This document shows, piece after piece, positions 1 through 7,046 of a DNA stretch of 64,000 nt. A program made the translations under genes and the position numbers. Position 1 is the first letter of the stretch; the number at the start of each line of letters is the position of its first letter. Under the pieces are notes generated by a model. That model saw only the letters and a program-made list of their open reading frames with translations. It did no database searches and was not told the origin of the DNA. Origin of the DNA: Candidatus Cryptobacteroides aphodequi (GTDB lineage Bacteria; Bacteroidota; Bacteroidia; Bacteroidales; UBA932). The stretch lies in NCBI GenBank assembly GCA_018065265.1, contig JAGHTP010000008.1, positions 466-64,465 of the forward strand, read 5' to 3'.

Positions 1-186
1 ACGGGCTCGCGTTCCATCATAATAACAACAAACCTCCCGTTCACAAGATGGGAGGAGGTCATCAAGGACAAAGTCCTGTGCTCAGCACTCGTTGACCGCC
101 TTTGCCACAAGGCCAGGTTAGTCAACATGACCGGGCAATCATATCGTGTTAAAGAAACTCAAAAATTGCTGAAAAACTTGGAATGA
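1..186 (+). CDS. istB: IS21-family helper ATPase IstB, C-terminal fragment (5' end outside window)
   Basis: Frame 1 reads TGSRSIIITTNLPFTRWEEVIKDKVLCSALVDRLCHKARLVNMTGQSYRVKE...*, matching the IstB motifs IITTN..F..W and DRL.H...G.SYR. Confidence 0.92.
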   Translation, partial: TGSRSIIITTNLPFTRWEEVIKDKVLCSALVDRLCHKARLVNMTGQSYRVKETQKLLKNLE

Positions 187-272
187 TAACAAGACTTGTT
201 TACCTTTGAAAGCCTCTTTCTGCGGCCCCTTTTTCAAATACTATCTGGGGGAAATCCACGTTACCATCTACA
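1..272 (+). mobile_element. Right end of an IS21-family insertion sequence
   Basis: istB is followed by ~85 bp ending ...GTTACCATCTACA (IS21 ends are TG...CA). An internal sub-repeat occurs (TACTATCT / TACCATCT). Base composition changes after position 272. Confidence 0.75.
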
Positions 273-490
273 CTGTTAAATCCATAGTAAATAGAACACT
301 AGAAGCCGTTGGAGGGCATGTTTTAGGAGAAGGGACGTATTGGACATCAACGACAGGTGAAGTTAATACTGGTTATCCTAATTGGAATGTATATACAACA
401 TATTATTATATAGAATTTAACGATGGGTCATCTTCATACACACGCTATGGTGATGACAAGCACAATGTTCGTGCTGTACTTTCTTTGTAA
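273..490 (+). pseudogene. 3' remnant of a DUF1566/C-type-lectin-fold protein gene, interrupted by IS21
   Basis: Reads ...VNRTLEAVGG...YWTST...YYYIEFNDG...KHNVRAVLSL*. The YW(T/S)ST...VRAV ending is typical of DUF1566/Lcl_C domains. The first ~22 codons of ORF 206..490 are IS DNA. Confidence 0.7.
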
Positions 491-500
491 TTACGAATTT

Positions 501-522
501 GCAAATGCGTGACGGCATTTGC
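501..522. other. Hairpin/cruciform without a U-tract
   Basis: GCAAATGC-gtgacg-GCATTTGC, 10 bp after the stop codon at 490. Confidence 0.6.
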
Positions 523-573
523 CGTAGAAATATGTCCAAAAAAAATTAACTAATAGAACTATACGAAAACAAT

Positions 574-852
574 ATGAAGCAAGTATTCAAAAACAACAAT
601 GTCCAAACGCAGTTTGAGAAATGGATGAGTGTCACGGCTGAGCCTTCTTTCAATCAGCCGGATATGGAACGCCTATTTGATTTGGCAATCAGCATTGTTA
701 AGGCAAATGAGTCTTTGGATGAGAAAAGTTTTGTCAAAGCCATTAAGAAGCATTATTGCATCTCGGCTACACATTGTAGGGGCCAAGCGCAGCTTATCTA
801 TCGTATTCTCGCTAACTGTATCGAATTTTATAAATACTTGAAGAAAAAATGA
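574..852 (+). CDS. Hypothetical protein (92 aa)
   Basis: ATG-initiated ORF in AT-rich DNA with an A-rich upstream region. No family recognised. Confidence 0.7.
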   Translation: MKQVFKNNNVQTQFEKWMSVTAEPSFNQPDMERLFDLAISIVKANESLDEKSFVKAIKKHYCISATHCRGQAQLIYRILANCIEFYKYLKKK

Positions 853-1105
853 ACACGCTAGAGAAATACAAAGAGCTTTGTGAGAATGTCACAAAGACCT
901 ATGAGAGTAGGTAATCTTTGTCAACGCATATATGAATGCAATCGACACATTGCTAAAGGGCAAGGTAGATGAGGTTGTGCTCCAAAATATAGTTGAAACC
1001 ATTAAAGGCATAAAGGAAAAATGCACAGATATAGATGACATAAATGAAAGAGTGAAAATAGTTTTCAAGAACAATAATAGGGCCCTTCCTTCAGGACTCG
1101 ATTAA
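849..1105 (+). pseudogene. Probable frameshifted small gene, or a 57-aa ORF at 932..1105
   Basis: ATG at 849 overlaps the previous stop (ATGA) and reads MNTLEKYKELCENVTKTYESR* to 914. A second frame is open from 911 to 1105 (VIFVNAYMNAIDTLLKGKVDEVVLQNIV...LPSGLD*). Confidence 0.5.
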
Positions 1106-1124
1106 AAATGTAAGACTAAATTAT

Positions 1125-1706
1125 ATGAAAGAGTCAAAACACAATAAGGTTCTGTCGCGCACGATGCTTGCATTCAAGGCTCCGGATAATAATAGAAGGT
1201 CGGATAATAACACGGGTAGGAATAATCAAAAGTCGGCTTCAAAATTTCCTGACAATGAATACTACCTCAACGATTCGATACCGGAAAACATCGACACTGT
1301 AATATTGGCCGGGTGCGATTTTAAGGAGATCTTTAATAAAACTAAAGCGGAAAGCCCGATATGTATAAAACGTCTTCCTGTTGTGAAGATTACCTTTAAC
1401 GGCAAATCAATTCATCGTCGATTCTATGGGAATAACGATTTAGGGAAGAAAGGCAAGGATAGGAAGCATGTAGGGGAATATGCGGCTTTGAATTACTCCT
1501 CATTGTATGAACTTGTCGGTGAAAACCCGGATGAAATAAAGGGGAAGGCCGTCCAAATTTCTAAAGGTCGTCGCCTTCCGTACTATTGGAACCATCCCTT
1601 CCACGCCACGCGGATTTCCTTCCGCCTCGGATTGATATCAATCGGCATTGCCGTAGTCTCGTTACTGCTGTCACTCTTTTGCAATCTGCCGATAATTCAT
1701 CAGTAG
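1125..1706 (+). CDS. Hypothetical protein with C-terminal transmembrane helix
   Basis: 193-aa ORF ending WNHPFHATRISFRLGLISIGIAVVSLLLSLF (hydrophobic tail anchor). Confidence 0.8.
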   Translation: MKESKHNKVLSRTMLAFKAPDNNRRSDNNTGRNNQKSASKFPDNEYYLNDSIPENIDTVILAGCDFKEIFNKTKAESPICIKRLPVVKITFNGKSIHRRFYGNNDLGKKGKDRKHVGEYAALNYSSLYELVGENPDEIKGKAVQISKGRRLPYYWNHPFHATRISFRLGLISIGIAVVSLLLSLFCNLPIIHQ

Positions 1707-1802
1707 AACCGCGCCATTCTCCGCTATTTGTAAATTTTTTGGTCTGGGATGACGGAACAATGAAACCTGTGAGCGGTTGGAACGCAGACGCCACGCGAAT
1801 TC

Positions 1803-1887
1803 CGGGGGAGCAAACGACCTTTCGTCCCCCGATTGACATCACCGCATGCCAAACGGGGGAGCAAATGGCTTTTCGTCCCCCATTTGG
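1803..1887. repeat. Two REP-like palindromic direct repeats (51-bp period)
   Basis: CGGGGGAGCAAAcgaccTTTCGTCCCCCG at 1803-1831 and CGGGGGAGCAAAtggctTTTCGTCCCCC at 1854-1881. The second is extended by CCAAA/TTTGG. Confidence 0.8.
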
Positions 1888-1980
1888 CCAAAACACATGG
1901 TTTCCCCGATGGTCCAAAATATTTTCTTCTGTCTCCACTCACCTCCACTTGCACTCACGGCCTTCGAAACCTTTCAAAAG

Positions 1981-2002
1981 TGGGGCAACATTTGGGGTAA
2001 CA
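1981..2002. repeat. Direct repeat, candidate integrase arm-type site at an island attachment site
   Basis: TGGGGCAACA-tt-TGGGGTAACA, about 45 bp beyond the tRNA 3' end. Confidence 0.5.
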
Positions 2003-2042
2003 AAAACGAAAAATGGCTCTGAAATAATTCAGGGCCATTTCC
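2003..2042 (-). terminator. Intrinsic terminator of tRNA-Ser
   Basis: On the minus strand: AAATGGCCCTGAA-ttat-TTCAGAGCCATTT followed by TTCGTTTTT. Confidence 0.75.
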
Positions 2043-2045
2043 TTG

Positions 2046-2134
2046 CGGAGAGGACGAGATTCGAACTCGTGGTACGGAATGACCCGTACGTCGGTTTAGC
2101 AAACCGGTGGTTTCAGCCACTCACCCACCTCTCC
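2046..2134 (-). tRNA. tRNA-Ser (anticodon GCT)
   Basis: Reverse complement GGAGAGGTGGGTGAGTGGCTGAAACCACCGGTTTGCTAAACCGACGTACGGGTCATTCCGTACCACGAGTTCGAATCTCGTCCTCTCCG. It has acceptor stem GGAGAGG/CCTCTCC, a long variable arm and a TTCGAAT T-loop. CCA is not encoded. Confidence 0.97.
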
Positions 2135-2296
2135 AATCATCACCACGTTCTTGTCAAACGGGACGACAAAGATAGCAAAATTTTGATAAACCAAAGGCTT
2201 TTGGATGCTTTTTGTATCTTTGCAAAGCGCCGGACGGACGAGAGAGGGAAAAACGCCTCCCCGGAACGGGTCCGGATACCACCATTGCATCACATT

Positions 2297-3685
2297 ATGT
2301 CTGACTGCCCCAGGAACATAGCAATCATCGGCGCCGGTGCGGCGGGATGTTTCTGCGCGATCGAGTTGAAACGCCGGCTCCCGGCAACCCGCGTGACAGT
2401 GTACGAAGCGGGCCGCAAAGCCCTTGCCAAGGTGGCGGTGACAGGCGGCGGAAGGTGCAATCTGACCAACTCGTTCGACGGCATCGGGCATCTGGCAGAA
2501 GCCTATCCGCGCGGGGAAAGACTCGTCAAGCGCGCTTTTACGCAGTTCGGCCCGCGCGAGACAATGGCCTGGTGGGAGAAAGAAGGCGTGCGGCTCGTCG
2601 TGCAAAGCGACAACTGCGTATTCCCGGCCAGCCAGGACGCGATGCAGATCGTCCGCACTCTTGAAAACCTGATGCGCCGGCTGGGCGTGGAGGTGGTTCT
2701 TGACAGCCGAGTGGAACGCATCGAGCCCCTCGCAGACGGAAGATTCGCTCTGAAAATTGTCGAAAAAGCCAATAGCACCGGTCATCCCTCCGCCGGCATC
2801 CCCGGCACGGCAGGCGCAAGCACTGTTCAGCCATTCCGCTCCGTAGAAACCGATGCGGTGGTGCTGACTTCCGGCGGTGGAGCGCTGAAGATGCTCGACG
2901 GCCTGGATATCGCTATCGAAAAGCCCGTCCCATCGCTGTTCACATTCAAACTGAAAGGTCCGGCGGCATCAACGGCAACATCATCCGCGTCGCTAAAAAC
3001 TCCCGGAACTTCGCCAGCAACGCCCGGCGCGACATCGACAACTCCCGTACCTGCCGTCTCCGACATCCGCTCACTTGCCGGCACGGTCGTCGAAAACGCA
3101 AAACTTGCTCTTGTGGGCACGGCCTTCCGCTCCGAAGCCACGCTCCTCATAACCGATTGGGGAGTCAGCGGCCCCGCAACGCTCAAACTGAGTTCGTACG
3201 CCGCGCGGCACTTGGCCGAAACACTCTATGGCGGCACGCTTACCATCAACTATACGGGTGTGGGCGAAGATGATATCCGCCGCGAGCTATCACGCCTGAT
3301 TCAGAGCGCCCCGCAGCGCCAGCTCGCGTCAACTCCGGCCTTCGGGCTTACCGCCAGGCTGTGGAAACATCTCATCGCACGAGCCGGCATCAGGGCGGAC
3401 ATACGTAATGCGGAACTGGGCTCGAAGGGCCTCAACCGCCTCGTAGCCACGCTTTCAGCCGACGCCTACGAGCTGGCCGGCCGCTGTCATTTCAAGGAAG
3501 AGTTCGTCACCTGCGGAGGTGTGAGCGCATCGGCGGTCAATGCCAATACGCTTGAAAGCCGCAACTACGCGGGCCTGTTCTTCGCTGGAGAAGTGCTCGA
3601 CATCGACGGCATCACCGGCGGCTTCAACCTTCAGGCGGCCTGGAGCACGGCGATGGCCGTAGCAAGGGCTATTTCTCAGAAATAA
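2297..3685 (+). CDS. HI0933/YhiN (BaiN-like) family flavoprotein
   Basis: Motifs IIGAGAAG, KVAVTGGGRCNLTN, FVTCGGV and GEVLDIDGITGGFNLQAAWS. Start placed at MSDCPR, downstream of promoter box TATCTTTG (2215-2222). Confidence 0.93.
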   Translation: MSDCPRNIAIIGAGAAGCFCAIELKRRLPATRVTVYEAGRKALAKVAVTGGGRCNLTNSFDGIGHLAEAYPRGERLVKRAFTQFGPRETMAWWEKEGVRLVVQSDNCVFPASQDAMQIVRTLENLMRRLGVEVVLDSRVERIEPLADGRFALKIVEKANSTGHPSAGIPGTAGASTVQPFRSVETDAVVLTSGGGALKMLDGLDIAIEKPVPSLFTFKLKGPAASTATSSASLKTPGTSPATPGATSTTPVPAVSDIRSLAGTVVENAKLALVGTAFRSEATLLITDWGVSGPATLKLSSYAARHLAETLYGGTLTINYTGVGEDDIRRELSRLIQSAPQRQLASTPAFGLTARLWKHLIARAGIRADIRNAELGSKGLNRLVATLSADAYELAGRCHFKEEFVTCGGVSASAVNANTLESRNYAGLFFAGEVLDIDGITGGFNLQAAWSTAMAVARAISQK

Positions 3686-3686
3686 T

Positions 3687-5864
3687 CTATTTCGCGCGCA
3701 ATTCGATTGCGAATCCACCGCCTGGAGCCATACTAAGCGGCAGACGGTCGCCGGACCGGAGTTCGGTGCGGGTGATGGTATAGGCCTGGGGGTTGGTGCG
3801 GTAGTGGGCGTCGGGCGCATCGGCGTAGATGACGGCTTCGTAGGTCGTGCCAGGCGACAGGAAACTGAAATCGACTTCGATTGTACGTGCGTTTTCATCG
3901 GTCGTTCCGCCGACAAACCAGGTATCACGGCCGAAACTAAAATCGCGGGCGCTTCCGCTTAGCGATTCCTGACGAGGACGACGGGCGATGACGACATAAT
4001 CACCTGGCGCAGCGGCCAGATAGCGCGACTCCTCCCAGTCGGCCGCCACGTCCCGGATGAACTGGAACGCGTCCATAAAGCGCACATAGTTCTGAGGCAG
4101 ATCGGCCGCCATCTGCAGAGGCGAATACATTGTCACATAGAGCGACAGCTGATTGGCGATGGTGGCCAGCACCGGCGAAGGCTTGCCACCCGCAAGGGTC
4201 AGGTCCTGCTCGAAGATTCCGGGAGTGAAGTCCATCGGCCCGCCATTGAGGCGCGTGAACTGCAGGATGGTGGTGTGCTCGGGTTCCGTTCCGCCAAACG
4301 CCTGATGCTCGGTGCCTCGCGCCGACTCGTTGCCTATCAGGTTCGGATATGTGCGGCAAAGCCCCGTGGGCCGAACGGCTTCGTGGGCATTGACCATAAT
4401 GTGATGACGGGCCGCCTCGGTCACGGCGTACAGATAATGGTTCACCATCCACTGGCCGTAATGCGTTTCGCCGAAGGGCTGGATCGTGCCCACGTATCCA
4501 CTCTTCACAGCATCATAGCCATACCTATTCATCAGGCAGTAAGCGTCCTCCATCTGCCGTTCGTAGTCACGCACGCTGGAAGAGGTTTCGTGGTGCATTA
4601 TTAGCTTGACGCCCTTCGAATGGGCATACGCGTTCAGCGCGGCTATGTCGAAATCGGGGTAGGGCGTGCAGAAGTCGAAGATGTGTTCCTTCTTGCAGGC
4701 GCACCAGTCCTCCCAACCTAGATTCCAACCTTCCACCAGCACGGCATCGAAGCCGTTTTCGGCCGCGAAGTCGATGTAACGGCGCACGTTGGCGTTGTTT
4801 GCCGGATGGCGTCCGTGCGGCTCTGCGGCAGCATAGTCGAAGTCCTCGAGACGGAACGGCTCGCTCTGGCTCGTGTACGACCAGTCACCGGCACCGGAGA
4901 TCATCTCCCACCAGACGCCCACATACTTGACAGGATGTATCCAGTCCGTACTCTCCAACGCACAAGGCTCGTTCAGATTAAGAATCAGACGGCTGGCAAG
5001 CTGCTCTTCGGCACTGGCGGCAACCTGCACCGTCCTCCAGGGAGTGGTGCAAGGCGACTGCATATAGCCCTTGCGGCCAAGCACGTCGGGGGTCAGACAG
5101 CTTCGAAACACTTTTGTTTTCTCGTCATAAAGCAGATGCATGCACGGATAGTCGACCAGCGCGGCTTCGTGAAGGTTGATGTAGAGCCCGCTCTCGGAGC
5201 GCATCTGCAGCGATGTCTGCACGGCGTGCTTAGAGAACGGCACGACAGCATCGTTCTTTGCGACCGTCTCCTCGAAAAGATTGTCGATTTCGCTAAGACG
5301 CGAAGTTGTGTAGCAATACTCCTGGGTGTCGTAATCGGCCGGAATCCACCAGGCCGTATGGTCGCCCGCCATCGCGAATTCGCTGAGTTCTTCCATTATG
5401 ACGAATTTGGCAAGATTCGCTCCGGCCGGGAATTCGTAGCGGAAACCAAGACCATCGTCGAATAGCCTGAAGCGTATGTCGAGCCTGCGGTCGGAGTCCT
5501 TCTGCACAAGCCTCACCAGCATCTCGCGATAATTGTTGCGTATTGTGCGCTCCTCGCCCCAAACCGTCTCCCAGCTGCCGTCGAAAGCGTCGTAGATAAC
5601 CGTATCCACCTCAAAGCCCCGGTCGAACATATCAAGCGATTTCGAATTCTCCTTGCGGAGCGTGAAGCCAAGGCGGCTTGGCAGCACGACTGCTTCGTCC
5701 TGACGGCCGAGCGAGTACTGCGGCTCACCCTTGGCGCTTATGCCAAAGGACAGCTGAAGCACGCCCGAGGGCGAATCCAATGTTGTTTCAAGGGCGACCC
5801 GAGGACTGCACGAAGCAAGAGCAAGCACTGCAGCTAAAGCAAGTGCGAAATATCTTTTTCCCAT
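3687..5864 (-). CDS. Glycoside hydrolase family 97 (SusB-like alpha-glucosidase), lipoprotein
   Basis: Lipobox LASC. Motifs KYVGVWWEM, VLVEGWN, MHHETS, NAHE, GNESARG.E, GPMDFTPG and YSPLQMAADLP as in SusB-type GH97. Confidence 0.95.
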   Translation of the reverse strand: MGKRYFALALAAVLALASCSPRVALETTLDSPSGVLQLSFGISAKGEPQYSLGRQDEAVVLPSRLGFTLRKENSKSLDMFDRGFEVDTVIYDAFDGSWETVWGEERTIRNNYREMLVRLVQKDSDRRLDIRFRLFDDGLGFRYEFPAGANLAKFVIMEELSEFAMAGDHTAWWIPADYDTQEYCYTTSRLSEIDNLFEETVAKNDAVVPFSKHAVQTSLQMRSESGLYINLHEAALVDYPCMHLLYDEKTKVFRSCLTPDVLGRKGYMQSPCTTPWRTVQVAASAEEQLASRLILNLNEPCALESTDWIHPVKYVGVWWEMISGAGDWSYTSQSEPFRLEDFDYAAAEPHGRHPANNANVRRYIDFAAENGFDAVLVEGWNLGWEDWCACKKEHIFDFCTPYPDFDIAALNAYAHSKGVKLIMHHETSSSVRDYERQMEDAYCLMNRYGYDAVKSGYVGTIQPFGETHYGQWMVNHYLYAVTEAARHHIMVNAHEAVRPTGLCRTYPNLIGNESARGTEHQAFGGTEPEHTTILQFTRLNGGPMDFTPGIFEQDLTLAGGKPSPVLATIANQLSLYVTMYSPLQMAADLPQNYVRFMDAFQFIRDVAADWEESRYLAAAPGDYVVIARRPRQESLSGSARDFSFGRDTWFVGGTTDENARTIEVDFSFLSPGTTYEAVIYADAPDAHYRTNPQAYTITRTELRSGDRLPLSMAPGGGFAIELRAK

Positions 5865-5868
5865 AATA

Positions 5869-6990
5869 TCACCTGTTCGCCAACGGCCTGTCAAGGCCGT
5901 CGCGCATAATCAGTTTCATCGCCACAAAAGGCGGTTCCATCATCCTTTCGAAAGACAGCAGATTGATATGGCCGTCTTCGTTATAGCAGCAGTGGCAGCA
6001 TTCCAGCGTGAGAGAAAGCCCGCCGCAGCAGAGCGGAAGCGTCGTGGTGAGGTTGATGGTTTCGTTCGGCTTCTGGGTGATTGGCGCGCGCGGATTGAGG
6101 CCGCTTTCGCGGAAGGCGGCATTTACCATATCGGCCAGCTGCGTACCGCGCTCGAGGTTCCAGTCCGTGCTGATGTTGCTCGGCCTGATGATGAACGCTC
6201 CACCCTCGCAGGAGTGGCAGTTCAGCGCAAAATCCACTCTCCAACGCTCTGCAAGACGGTAGATGGCCTTGGCCTCCTCGGTTCGCGTGTTGCCCGGAGC
6301 AGCGTCGTGCTGGATGTTGTAGCCGTCGGCGTTCGTATATCCGCCCGGGAACTTGACCTTGTCGAGCGGAAGCGGGAACCACTCCTTGCTGGCCCGCCAT
6401 CCCACCAGGCTTCCGTCTTTCCACCAGCCCTGCGAACAGCCGCGGAACACTTCGTACGGCTGGGCGCGCAGATGGTCTGGCGTTATGGAGCGGCCGTCCA
6501 TATTCACGCAGGGAACGATGATGAGCCTGTAGTGGCCGCACAGTTCCGCAAATTCCGGGTCTTCGACGCCGCGGAAGTCCCGGCCCGTTTCAAGAAGGCG
6601 TATCATATTGCACAACGCTGCAACCGGCTCGCATTCCGAACCGTGCACACCCGCGTAAAGCAGGATTGTGGGCTTGTGGTCAGTCTGACCAAGATACGCG
6701 CTCTTCGCGCTCGAGGAGTTGCCGGCAGACCAGTTGGTCTGAGGTGCGGGCTCTGAAAAATCGCCGTAGAACACGGCGTAGACCGGATAACCGCCGGGGG
6801 TACGGGCGATAATCTCACTCCGTCCCACACGCACATCGCGGCAGACGGAGATTATCTCATCGGGGCGGACCTTCCAGAATTCAGGCTTCGGCTCGAGGTT
6901 TTCAATAACGTACGGCTCGAACTTCACTCGGGACCCGGAGCATCCGGCGCACAGTGCCAGAATGCACAGCAATGACAGAGTCTTTTTCAT
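5869..6990 (-). CDS. M14-family zinc carboxypeptidase, lipoprotein
   Basis: Lipobox CAGC. Motifs AGVHGSE (HxxE), PCVNMDGR and a later NCHS zinc ligand. Confidence 0.8.
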   Translation of the reverse strand: MKKTLSLLCILALCAGCSGSRVKFEPYVIENLEPKPEFWKVRPDEIISVCRDVRVGRSEIIARTPGGYPVYAVFYGDFSEPAPQTNWSAGNSSSAKSAYLGQTDHKPTILLYAGVHGSECEPVAALCNMIRLLETGRDFRGVEDPEFAELCGHYRLIIVPCVNMDGRSITPDHLRAQPYEVFRGCSQGWWKDGSLVGWRASKEWFPLPLDKVKFPGGYTNADGYNIQHDAAPGNTRTEEAKAIYRLAERWRVDFALNCHSCEGGAFIIRPSNISTDWNLERGTQLADMVNAAFRESGLNPRAPITQKPNETINLTTTLPLCCGGLSLTLECCHCCYNEDGHINLLSFERMMEPPFVAMKLIMRDGLDRPLANR

Positions 6991-7046
6991 ACCGCGAAGG
7001 TAGGAATCCCCAAGCGGAAATCAAACAGGAAATGAAGTCCGCCGGG

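Noticed and set aside
206-272. N-terminus of ORF 206..490
   Set aside because: It is the IS21 terminal sequence fused in frame by chance to the interrupted gene.
1803-1887. CRISPR array
   Set aside because: Only two units with a 23-bp gap are present, and there are no cas genes.
1586-2296. 237-codon in-frame upstream extension of the HI0933 ORF running through the att region and antisense to tRNA-Ser
   Set aside because: The stop-free run is surprisingly long. However, it crosses a tRNA, a terminator and repeats, has no protein-like motifs, and the family Rossmann motif plus a promoter box place the start at 2297.
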